Shown here one piece after another: positions 13,960 through 25,758 of a DNA stretch of 64,000 nt. Position 1 is the stretch's first letter. Each line of letters opens with the position of its first letter. The stretch comes from Octopus vulgaris (lineage: Eukaryota): positions 51,708,001 to 51,772,000 of the forward strand of contig OX597828.1 of assembly GCA_951406725.2 (NCBI GenBank), read 5' to 3'. Made by a program: the position numbers and the translations under genes. Under the pieces are notes generated by a model. The model was given only the letters and a program-made list of their open reading frames with translations. It had not been told where the DNA came from and searched no databases.

Positions 13960-14185
13960 GTGTATGTCTTTCTGTCTTTGTTTGCACCCCCCATTACCGC
14001 TTGACAACCTGTGATGCTGCGTTTAGGTCACCGTAACTTAGCGGTTCGGCAAAAGAGAACGATAGAATAAGAACTAGGCTTAAGAAATAAGTCATGGGTC
14101 GATTTCTTGGACTAAAACCGTTCAAGGTGGTGCTCCAGCATGGCCGCAGTCAAATGACTAAAACAAGTAAAAGAATAAATGAATA
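13960..14185 (+). mobile_element. SINE family A, 3' portion
   Basis: CCGTAACTTAGCGGTTCGGCAAAAGAG...GGTGGTGCTCCAGCATGGCCGCAGTCAAATGACT. Confidence 0.8.
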
Positions 14186-14277
14186 AATGAATAAAAGAAT
14201 ATATATGTATAAAAGAATATATATATATATATATATATAACAAAGTGAAGTTGTAAGGTATCGCACGTGTAGAATTA

Positions 14278-14552
14278 TATATGAAAAAAGGTTTGAAAAT
14301 GCAATTTTGAAGATGTTTATTCATTTGACCGGTTTCACTTCTTTAGAAAAAGATTGTCAAAAGTAACATGTAAACGCTTTGTCGTGTTATTATCAAAGAA
14401 TGTATATATGTATTGTAATATTTTGTGACAACCAGTACCTAACACAACAAAGCTTTTACATGTTACTTTTGACAATCTTTTTCTAAAAAAGTGAAACCGG
14501 TCAAGTGAATAAACATATCTTAAAATTGCATTTTCAAACCTTCTTTCATGTA
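14278..14552. repeat. fold-back element with about 112-bp inverted arms and about 50-bp spacer
   Basis: 14278-14390 is the reverse complement of 14440-14552. Arms contain GAAACCGGTC. Confidence 0.9.
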
Positions 14553-14575
14553 TATATATATATATATATATATAT

Positions 14576-14795
14576 AGTTAATCCTAACAAGAAAACACAA
14601 AAAAAAACCCCAAAAAAACACAACAACGCGAGGACGTGGAACAAATAAAGTATTAATGAACGCTCAGGAAAGAAGGGAAGAAGGACGGTTTAACGTTTCG
14701 AGCGGAGCTCTTCGTCGGAAACATAGGAGAAGGAAAGATCCCGAGAAGGGAAGACAGAGGAAAAAAATCGCCAGCGGTACTCACGAGGTCACATA
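14576..14795 (-). mobile_element. (TA)n-flanked PLE pLTR-like short element with minimal hammerhead motif
   Basis: Highly similar to 44958-45137 in the opposite orientation. Hammerhead-like motif at 14688-14722. Confidence 0.65.
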
Positions 14796-16487
14796 TGTAT
14801 ATACATATATCAGATATGATTTAAAAATCTGTCAAATATCAATAAAGCACTCATTTTTGAAAAGAATCTGGTTACACATGTTCAAAAATTACATACCAGT
14901 AAATGTAAGTAGAATGCAAATTCCAGGTAAATCCTCATGCATAACAGGTTTTACACACACACATGTACACGCACATATACACACACGCCCACCTGCTTCT
15001 ATGTTTGTGTGTGCGCGTGTGTATATGTGTATTAAATAATTTGTTATTTAAGGAAGAATTAGCCGCAACGTACACATGCGCACACATATAACTTTTCTGT
15101 ATATGAGCGTGTATGCGTACTAACGTTAACTTCCTCCGTCTTACTGGTTTTAATATGAAATCCTTGATAATCCAGAGAGGTGTCGTTTCCTATTAGTTCA
15201 GTAATATCATTTGTGATAACGAGAAATTGAATACAAGTTTTTACCCCTCTTATAGGACGACGCCCACCTGTTCGAATACGTCTTTCTTGTCGGATTTGAG
15301 TATAATTTGGAATGACGTATGATCTATGATCTGAATTATTGTTTGCCTGAAATTTTAGCTAGATATAAATTTTCTAATGCTGCTAATGATGTAAAGCATA
15401 TTCTAAAATTTTTACTGTCTTTTTAACAATTATTTTGTACATGAGCTTACGTGTATGTGAAGTGTACGAAGCGTGTTTTATTAAAAATATTTTCTCAATG
15501 AACATTTGTTATTTGGAATTGAGATACTAACGGCACTTTGTTGAATTTTACGGTACTTCCGCTGTATGTAACTTCCATTTCACTTGGTAGAAAATTATGT
15601 TACATTCTCTGACGTTGTTCACGCCTGTTTTGGGTGATGTTTCTGTGTGGTGAGATTACATTCTTCGTTTGTATGTCTTGTGTATTAAATAATTTGTAAT
15701 TTAATGAAGAATTAGTTGCAATGTCTTTCAGGATGAACGTACCGTCGGTATTTCATATAGATGATATAATTAACAATGTGTGAAAATACACAATGAATAT
15801 ACTCAAAGATGTTATGTGTATAGATTCTGTCATAAATAGACTGAACACTCAAAGATAAAACGGTTGCTTCTTCCCAACATCCATTCATTCTCAGATTGTT
15901 TAATGCAGTATGCTCCATTAAACGTTTTTTATGGTTTCACTTGAAAAATCTTTTTCTTTCTACACAACAAAAAAAAATATCTCTTCAATCTCATCCTGAT
16001 TCATTTTCTTAATGGTCGAGATTTTTCATTATTATTTCATGCTGTACATTATTTTCACACTGATCTTCTTTTAGCCACACTTACCAATTGTTACAGCATG
16101 TTCTTCTTTTTGATCCATGTTTTTATATTAGCTTTTGAGTTTTTTTACAGCTTCTGTTATTTCATCGCATTTTCTTTAAAACTACGCTGTCCTCTCCATT
16201 TTGTATCAAACAGTGATCTGTTTATTTCGTTTTCTCGATATTTTAATATTTTCCCATTACTTCAAATAATTTTGCTTACAGTGCATAATGTATAAAGATT
16301 TTCAATTAACATAAGAACTTCATTTTTCTCTCTATTCGTTGGTAACTATACTTTTCTTCGAAGTCAGATTCTAGTGGCTATGCTCTAACTGCAGTCTTTG
16401 GATTTCTTGTTTATCTACTGAGTTTTCGTGGTTAGTTTAGGCTGCACTTGACGTTAATATAACAAGAAAGTGTTAGAGGAACACCTA

Positions 16488-16797
16488 GAGTAGGTCTTTT
16501 CAACCGGGTTCCATATGGACCCTGGTAGACCATATAATACTTTTGAGGTTAGAGAGATGCAATATAGTAAATTGGGGTCCACAATTCTATTTCAGAGGCC
16601 ATGAAAACATTGTGTTTCAGACCAGAAAGATTTATGTACAATAAATTTGTTATATCAACAATAAACAAAATATTTTCAGAATATTTATACAAATCATAAT
16701 AATGTTTAATTATAAAAACATCGAGTGCCTATGGGCTCTATCCGAGTAGATTAAGAATCAAAGGTGTCCATAAGTAAAAATGGTTGAGAACCGCCGT
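16488..16797. mobile_element. decayed hAT/Charlie-like MITE
   Basis: Ends resemble CAGTGGTTCTCAACC TIRs: GTAGGTCTTTTCAACC ... GGTTGAGAACCGCCG. Confidence 0.5.
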
Positions 16798-17135
16798 CAT
16801 CAGTTATGTCTTGCATTTAGCACTGTTTTCAATCTGAAGCGAATTTGCTTTTGATTCCCTTCCTAAATATTCTTCTTTTTCATGTTTGATGTCTTTTGTC
16901 TAAAGTAGATTTTCAGTATTTATAACTGTCTTTCGTCAAACCGTCCATTTTTACTCTGTCCTTATCTAACATGTCATTTGTATTCTTACTCAACTTCTCT
17001 CTTTTCAAAGTTACCTTCATGCACTTTCATAATTCTAAAACCAATATTGGTATTCATTAAAATATTATTCTATCGTTACATGTCAAACTTGTTCCACTGG
17101 ACACTATTTTTAAACTATGAAACATTTCTCTTCCT
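16714..17135 (+). repeat. local duplication, copy 1 (paralogous to 22174-22574)
   Basis: Colinear match over about 400 bp, from AAAAACATCGA.TGCCTATGGGCTC to TTTTTAAACTATGAAACATTTCTCTTCCT. Confidence 0.9.
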
Positions 17136-17437
17136 CGGTTGACAGCATTTCCATTAAAGAACAAACTCGGCTTCCATTTGTCTTTTTCTTAATGGATGCT
17201 GGGGTTTCTTTCTTCAAATTTTCACAAACAGTTATAAATATCGTATTCATAATGTATCAAAAGGTTTTTTATTGTGCATACCATCCCATACATTCCACAG
17301 CAATAGTTGCAATATTAGTGACTAAATATGTACATGAAACGTAACCTATTTTATTTGCACATATTCTTGTCTTCCTTGTTAATAATGGTTGTGATCTTAA
17401 TGGAAATGATGTAATGACAATAGTATTACGAAAACTA

Positions 17438-17654
17438 AGATGGCGAGCTGGCGGAAACGTTAGCACTTCGGGCGAAATTCTTAACAGTATTTCGTCTGTC
17501 TTTACGTTCTGAGTTCAAATTCCGCCAAGGTCGACTTTGCCTTTCATCCTTTCGAGGTCAATTATTAAGAACCAGTTCCGGGCTGGGCGCGATCTAATCG
17601 ACCGCCCCCGCCCATCCCAAAAATTTCGGGCCTTGTGCCTCGAGTAGAAAAGAA
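17438..17654 (+). mobile_element. SINE family C, full length
   Basis: tRNA-like head GGCGAGCTGGCGGAAACGTTAG...GAGTTCAAATTCC; core GTCGACTTTGCCTTTCATCCTTTCG resembling the Nin/Deu-type domain; TSD-like TATTACGAAA(A/G)CT on both sides. Confidence 0.85.
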
Positions 17655-18471
17655 TATTACGAAAGCTGATCATAATACACAAAACCTTTTTTTAAAATGG
17701 TTTTAACAATCGGAAAGTTGTTTTCTCAATCCTGGTAAAAAAGAAAAAAAACCGTTGAATACAGTCCCACATTATCATGATAATCATATCATAGATAACC
17801 CAAGTAGCTTCAGTGAAACCCAGATAAAACTTCAGTATTCATGAGAGACATTTCACTACTAAATAAGCTGATGTTTCAATTTTAGCCAGCACTGATCGAT
17901 CGATTAAATTCTATTTAAGCATTCAATCAAGTGATCAACTGTGCTATATACGCTTTAAATTAACTTCGAAGTGGTTGAGGATACGACAAACACTTATAAT
18001 ATGCCAATCTCCGATCTTGAATACACTTTACAAGATTAGTTGCCTTTGAGTCCGTAACAGTGGTTTACCGGTGGATGGCTTATTTTTCTTTATACCTTAG
18101 TACCACCCTACCGGTGCAGTACTTCAGAAAGCCAGGTATATGATCAAATAAGTTTCAGGAGATCAGGTCTCAAAGGGTTAAGAATGTCCATTCACCTACA
18201 TTCTTTTACGAGACTTCGGCTGACTTGAGATTTTGCCGAGGGCGAAAAGTCCTAAAGTCGAACGTACGAAATGATGTTACCTTCATAACCAATGCACCAC
18301 TGGATCTCGAAGACGGCAGGGTACAATGTAAAGTAGATTTAGCTGTATTTTCTGTAGCAGAGCTAGTGTCTAGGTTGAAGCTAGTTGGTTCGTCTAAAAT
18401 TAAGATTTGAATATCAATGTAGAACAACTGAGAAAAGAAAAATCGTACTATTGCGATATAGTTGTTGTTGC

Positions 18472-18870
18472 TGTTTGTTTGTTGAGCGAAGCGGTCTTCA
18501 TCCCAGAGCTCGCAACATCGCGCCTCAGGATTGTCTGTAGAAATCCGAAACGTGATCCTTTGTTATTCATAATACCCGCAGAAGGGAAAGCAGGTCAATC
18601 CCCGACACCGACAGCATCGACGGATGGATGAATGCGCATCCAGGCTCAGCGGTTGCGTAGGAAGTCGGGGATAAGAAACAGAAAGAAAGAGTGAGAGAAA
18701 GTTGGAGCGAAAGAGTACAACATGGGTCGCCACCACCCCCTGCCGGAGCCTCGTGGAGCTTTAGGTGTTTTCGCTCAATAAACACACACAACGCCCGGTC
18801 TGGGAATCGAAACCGCGATCCTCTGACCGCGAGTCTGCTTGCCCTAACCACTAGGCCATTGCGCCTCCAC
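18472..18870 (-). mobile_element. tRNA-derived SINE family B (tail type 2)
   Basis: About 190-bp head nearly identical to 7845-8034 but with an unrelated 3' half; TGTTGTTGC flanks both sides. Confidence 0.85.
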
Positions 18871-19439
18871 TGTTGTTGCGGTTGCTTTTACTGTTGCTGT
18901 CAGTATAGTTATTAATACTTTTGTTGTTGCGGCTGTAGTTTAGACTAGAATCAATGTTTATGCTAGTGTTGTGTACATTATCAACAAACAACCTCAAAGT
19001 AAGTTGCCTAAACGAACTATATCTACTTAACTCTAAATACCCACTTTCATTCTTCTGCTGCCCAGTCTATTTTATCTCTCTAATTTACATTATTCTCTGC
19101 ATTTAACTTTTGAGCTTTATCAAAATGTACCATAGTATCATAATTTAGAAAGAAAAAAAAGGAAAGATATTCGACTTTTCCATTTCTTCGCGTTCCGGCT
19201 GTTCTTGCTACTGTTATTGTTGTTGTTGTTGTTGATATCTGAATCTGTTGTTTGTATGCTCGCAATACAATTTGCCATCTTAATATTATGTTCTTCTTGT
19301 GTTGTAATTCGATTTGTTCTTTATCTATTAATATAGCCAGGCGATTTGCCAATGTGGGAAATCGATAAATTTTTCAGAAAGGAATTTCTTGAGAAATTAC
19401 TTTCTTTCTCTTTGTTTTATTCATTTCATCTGCAATTCA

Positions 19440-19453
19440 AATTATTATTATTA

Positions 19454-19514
<61 letters not shown>

Positions 19515-19537
19515 CATTATTATTATTGTTATTATTA

Positions 19538-19605
<68 letters not shown>

Positions 19606-19615
19606 GTTATTATTA

Positions 19616-19656
<41 letters not shown>

Positions 19657-19681
19657 GTTATTATTATTATTATTATTATTA
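19440..19681. repeat. long (TTA)n microsatellite
   Basis: Directly visible. Confidence 0.97.
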
Positions 19682-20479
19682 AAGCAATTTCCTTTAGGCA
19701 AGGCAGTCATCTATCTTTCAGGTTATGTATATTTTGCACATGTATAGAAAATATTACAACTTGATGATCAAAATCTGACATCGCAATTCGCAAACCAGGT
19801 TCTTCATGTACATTTAGTGTCCTCGCCATCCTTCTCCCCCCCCATGCCCTTCGACTATTACAACAATGAAAACAACAACAACAAATAATAATATCAACAA
19901 CAACAACAACAACAACAACAATAATAATAATGTGATTATATGCTATGCTGGCATATGATAAGTGCAGGTAGATAGAATGCAGATGGTTTTTGGTGTAAGA
20001 AGACACACTCTATATTTATGGTAATGAACTGTATAGCATTACTATTATTAACTCAAAGTAAGAGATTTTTATAACTTTGGTAGTATCCTAACTGTTTAGC
20101 TCAAATGCTTCTACTTTCACTTTCAACCTGCTGCGGTGTAAGGTAAAAAGCGCCAGAAGAGATATATCATGTTCTGTTAAGAGTACAACTCATCCCCAAT
20201 GCTAAAATGCCTATCATTAATATGCCATTACAGAAATACTAGCATTACTGTTTGTAGAATATTACTTTCAGCACCTGTTCTCTGTTGTTCAGGACAGGAG
20301 CGTGTCGAGGGTAGAGATGTAGCATCCAACCACTACCATGATACAAGCGTAATTATAATCGTGTGAAGTGGAAGATGTGTAGACCGATATACTAACACTT
20401 TGTCTACGCAGAAATGTAAACATAGGCATAAAGCACAGTAAACCACATATTCACACACGGCAGAGAAAACATTAACACA

Positions 20480-20724
20480 CCAACACCTGTTGTGAAGTTG
20501 TGGTGCGGGAGAAACCCCGACACAAACACACACACACACGCACACACGCACCCACACACATACATACGTAGGGCATTTTCCAGTTTCCGTCTACCAAATC
20601 CACGCCCAAATCTTTGGTCGGCTCCAAGCTTTAGTAAAAGACATTTGCCCAAGGTGCCACGTTGTGTGACTGAACCGGGAACAATGTGGCTGGAAAGCAA
20701 ATTGTTACAACTAAGCCGGCACCA
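20480..20724 (-). mobile_element. SINE family A head and body
   Basis: Reverse complement reads CCCGGTTCAGTCAC..CGTGGCACCTTGGGCAAATGTCTT...GTGGATTTGGTAGACGGAAACTG. Confidence 0.8.
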
Positions 20725-21388
20725 ATGACAGAAAGAAATCCTTGATACCCGTTGTACACTGTATTATGAATTAGGAGAACATATGTAGCCCTGTGATTAG
20801 TTTGCATAACTAGAAATCGTAAATAGTTTTCTACTGTTTGAAGTTTTAACGTCCTAGCATGCAACCTCTTCATATCTTGAGAAATACAGGATATGGAACA
20901 AATTATTCATGGTGTTCATTGTTGAGTTTTAAATCAACTCTGATTGAAGGGACCGTTGACGGAATAGATTTCGCACGTGACCCTCTTGTCGATTTGTATT
21001 TGGAGAATATATTGTTGAACGTATCCTTCATTTCTAATAACGGTAGAACGTTTCGCTTTTGTTTCTTCTCTCCTTTTTATTCTGAAGCTACATTGTCCGC
21101 TAGAGGCTCCTGCATTCACTCGTTATGAATTACTAGAGCCATGGTATAATCTGGGTATAAATCATTGTACATAGAATATGATAATGATGGCTTAATTATC
21201 AAGTGTATTTTTTACGCTTCAATTACGAAATGAAGAGTTGCTTCATTCATTTACAAATCACAAGTGACCTATTAATTATTTTAAAGCACAAATATTTACA
21301 GTGAAGAGTAATTCGATTCAGTAAATCACATATCTTTCTTATGCATTTAACATTAACGTCGGGAAGTGTCGATATTATTTTCACTGAG

Positions 21389-21454
<66 letters not shown>

Positions 21455-22173
21455 TAGACAGAGAGGTAGGGCGAAAAGTGGATTTAATTCACCACATCTC
21501 GTGGCTTTGAATCACGTCTCTGCACCTGTTGTATATAAAAACAAATCAGTTTACTAACACAGCTCTCACTTTACACGAATTCTCACACCCACTTCTTCTC
21601 GTTTATCTTTAACCAGATGAGGTTAATTAACGAGGCGTCATTAAGAATATCTCACAAGATTTCCTTTCAAAACATTTTTGTGAACGCTGAAGACGTACAT
21701 CTTTAGCATTCTGGTGTAATTGTTTCAGAAAGATTGATAATTAACTGTTAAATAAAATTAGACACTGCAAAGACTTGTTTTAGAGAAAAACTTCAAATAC
21801 ACATCTTTTTGAAATGAGGAAATTATTTTCCTTCAATAAAAATTTTGTAATGCTAAATAGAATTAGATATCATTTGTGTAACTTTCCATAAAGTTGAAAA
21901 CAAAATTCGTGAAGCCCATCTGTTTATATAATTATTTGGTGATATGTAATTCTGTGTTTCGCTATCTTCAATGTACACATCACATATGACTTTCATGCCC
22001 ACCGTCCCTCTATTTTCAATTAAATAATCTACACCAACAAGGCGCTTCTGCCAACTGAATCCAATAAATCATAGTTTATAAAAACTAGAAGTGGTAGTAT
22101 ATCATTTGTAGTAGTTGTTGTTTGTCTTATGACATGACATAGGCCTTGTGGTAGGACTCGTGCTAGGGCAGAG

Positions 22174-22574
22174 AAAAACATCGAATGCCTATGGGCTCCA
22201 CTCGAGAAGATTAAGAATCAAATGTGTCCATAAGAAAAAATGTTTGAGAACCTCCAAACTAGAGTTTTCAATCTGAAACGAATTGTTTTTGATATTCCTT
22301 CCTAAATAATCTTTTTCATGTTTGATGCCTTTTGTCTACTAAAGTAGCTCTTCAGTATTTATAACTGTCCTTCGTCAAACCCCCCATTTTTACTCTGTCC
22401 TTGTCTAACATGTCATTTGTATTCTCATTCAACTTGTCTCTTTTCAAAGTTACCTTCATGCACCTTCATAATTCTAAAACCACTATTGGTATTCTTTAAA
22501 ATATTATTCTATCGTTACATGTCAAACTTCTTCCATTACACACTGTTTTTAAACTATGAAACATTTCTCTTCCT
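22174..22574 (+). repeat. local duplication, copy 2 (paralogous to 16714-17135)
   Basis: See copy 1. Confidence 0.9.
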
Positions 22575-23384
22575 ATGGTCTTCCAAATAAGACGAATCAC
22601 AGTCTTATATCGTTGAAAAGTCTTTGAATTCTTCATGTCTGCTTTCATAGCGAAGAAAGAAATAGTTTTGAAGATTACTATTTGAATTGGTGGCGAAATG
22701 CATGCAAATACGTTAATGTGTGAGACGTTGCTACCTTCTGCTGTCTCTAAAAACGCTTTCAATTATGCGAAGTAAGTATATGAAAACAGAAAGCATGACA
22801 GTTTTTCATTCTCACCTTTAGGACTCATTGCAATTGTAGAAATCTGTAGAATATCATTGTTCTAAAATTCGACAAGTTTTAGAAAACACCTGTTAAAATG
22901 AAGATAACACAGAATTTAACTACTTTTTTGCGCGTTTACTTTATTGTTTCAAAACTCTTTTATCTTCACGCTTATCTTCTTGTCACTGATTACCCTACTA
23001 GTGAAATATCTCCAATCGTAACCCATTTTCGGAATTATCGATTAATCAGTTACTGAAGTCATTCCTTTTTTTTTTAACTTGCAGCTAAATTAATTACACG
23101 ACCTTTGGGGGAAAAGTGCGATGAAAATAAACAGCGGTTTCGATTATAAATCACAGCCACGTTGAAATGAGTATTAACGGGTACAGCGTATCGCTTGTAA
23201 AATAAGAATTTACTATTGCATACGGTATGATATTTTTTCAATTGTAAACAGCAATCCGATAAACGTTAGATATCATTTGATTTAACTGTTAAATTTTGCC
23301 TTGGTGACTTCATTAAGATGTAACATTTTGCATGATGCATATTGCATGATGATTATCAATACTATTATGATTCAATAGTCTTGT

Positions 23385-23417
<33 letters not shown>

Positions 23418-23420
<3 letters not shown>

Positions 23421-23791
23421 TACCGTCAGAAATTAATTAGCACCCTTGATTTGCTCTTCACTCAAGGTATGTGCTGTCACCTAGTGGCCATATCTCGAAC
23501 TATTGCTTTGTTGCGAGTTCACTGTTGCGCAGAACGATGACGTAACTTTGTTTGCAGAGCAGTTTGAGAGTCTACAGCCTTATGATGTTGACATAGCAGT
23601 GCAACAAATTGGAGTGCGGATGCAGACAAATCTTCCTTTGTTTAATAGATATAGGTAGCGCCTGGCAAGGACCGAAATCACACCATACTAAGTTTTCTCA
23701 TCGCGTAAGACGTTTTGAACAGCTCCTAGGTTAATTGATTTAACCTATTTAATGTAGAAATTTGAGAAGTGCTAATTAATTTCTGACCCAA

Positions 23792-23794
<3 letters not shown>
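23418..23794. mobile_element. Tc1/mariner-type MITE inserted in (TA)n
   Basis: TIRs CACTACCGTCAGAAATTAATTAGCAC / CACTTGGGTCAGAAATTAATTAGCAC, flanked by TA. Confidence 0.85.
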
Positions 23795-23831
<37 letters not shown>

Positions 23832-23835
<4 letters not shown>

Positions 23836-24654
23836 CAAATATAAAATATAAAATATAAATTACAAAGTGGGACAAGAACGCAAAAACACACAAAGAGACG
23901 ACACAAAAAAACAGACAGGTCACTCGAAGCCTCTAATCTTCAGTCGGAACCGGATCATCTTAGCAATTTCGTCTGTTTAATCTCGATATCACTCCGAACC
24001 GGCCAGCCCCAAGAACAAAGCCACAGGCATTAGATTTCTTAGAAAGAGGACGAATGTATACGAAACAAAGACAGGATGCCACACGAATATAAATACAAAA
24101 AACAAAAAATAGAAATAAAAAACAAGAATGGTTAGCAGAACAAACACAGCGGGCGTCTTACTACTTCCCTGCTTTTCTTTTTCTTTCTCTTTCTTCCGTG
24201 CTCTCACGTGACCGCATTGAAACCGGTCTTTTTCGGCTTGACCGCTGCCATGTTAACGTTTGTTTTCGTTTTTGCCGCAAAGGCTTTTTTCAAATACGCC
24301 AGCCAAGATAAGTTAAAAATTGTCTAAAGTCGTAAGACGCCCGCTGTGTTTGTCCTGCTAACCATTCTTGTTTTTTATTTCTATTTTGTGTTTTTTGTAT
24401 TTATATTCGTGTGGCATCCTGTCTTTGTTTCGTATACATTCGTCCGCTTTCTAAGAAATCTAATGCCTGTGGCTTAGTTCTTGGGGCTGGCCGGTTCGGA
24501 GTGATATCGAGATTAAACAGCCGAAATTGCTAAGATGATCCGGTTCCGACTGAAGATTAGAGGTTTCGAGTGACTCGTCTGTTTTTTTGTGTCGTCTCTT
24601 TGTGTGTTTTTGCGTTCTTGTCCCACTTTGTAATTTATATTTTATATTTGATTT
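23832..24654. mobile_element. (TA)n-flanked fold-back element with about 330-bp inverted arms and about 165-bp spacer
   Basis: 23832-24162 is the near-perfect reverse complement of 24332-24654, with few mismatches. Confidence 0.92.
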
Positions 24655-24865
24655 CTATATATATATTAAGGCGGCGTAACGTACCCCTATCTCTTATATA
24701 TATATATATATATATCAATTGCTTCACCGCGCTTCCGATGGAAGCTCTGTGTCTTGGGTATGAGCTGGGTTTTGTTTTAGCGTTATTTCTTTTATATTAC
24801 AATTGCTCTATGCAGAACGAGTTTTGTGCTTAACAGTGCTATTTACTGTATATATATATATATAT

Positions 24866-24960
24866 CTTCATCATCATCATCATCAACATCGTCATCTTCT
24901 TCTTCTTCTTCTTCTTCTTCTTCTTCTTCTTCTTCTTCTTCTTCTTCTTCTTCTTCTTCT
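24866..24960. repeat. (CAT)n/(CTT)n microsatellite
   Basis: Directly visible. Confidence 0.95.
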
Positions 24961-25313
24961 GCTCCACCTTCTACCTCTAAACTTTATCACTAATGCTTTT
25001 TAGTATAACACCTACGCAAATTCCATATACAAACCTTTCAATAGAAATATTCTCCTGAATTGAACTGCAACTGCTAGCCGTCACTGACCATTCAAAATAC
25101 GACAAACAAGGCACTCCCAAATTTTTCCACCCCCTCTCCTCATCAACCTTGTTCTTCTTCTACCCTACCAAGAATTCACAACGACCTCGAACACACAAGT
25201 GCAAACAAAGGAGACAGAGAAAGGCAGAATGCCACATATATTTGAACACTATACAAATATCCGTTTAAAAAAAACTTTTCTTTTAAGTTTTTCTAAATTT
25301 AATTATTTAATCG

Positions 25314-25357
25314 TTACAGTTGAAAAGGTCTCTAAATGACCGAAACCGGTACTGAAA
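25314..25357 (+). ncRNA. degenerate minimal type I hammerhead ribozyme motif
   Basis: CAG-TTGAAAA-GGTC-tctaaat-GACC-GAAA-CCGG-TA-CTG; all three stems are present, with two core substitutions. Confidence 0.5.
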
Positions 25358-25705
25358 TGTTCTTTATAAAATTATTTTAGCATTTTCTATCTTGACTTGT
25401 TTTTTCATATACATATTAGGACTCTGGTAGTAATATTGACCATTATTTTCATGTCACATTCATGGATAGGGTGTGTTTATCGAGATGGGCAGAAATGCGA
25501 TGAGGTTTGGCGATGTATGAATAAACAAGTCTGTCCCTAAGACCTGCATGCTGATGCAAATCACAAAGTCTCATAGATGTATAAGCACCGAAAGAAATAA
25601 AAAAGGCATTTTGGGCAGAGTAAAGAGTACAGTTGGTTATATTTTGAGATATAAAAACCAATTCAGGGCTTCCTTCCTCGAGAAAGCTGGAAACAGGAAA
25701 CAATG

Positions 25706-25758
<53 letters not shown>

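Noticed and set aside
18041-18181. piggyBac-like MITE (CCTTTGAG...CTCAAAGGGTTAA)
   Set aside because: Only about 10 bp of inverted match and the left TTAA is missing.
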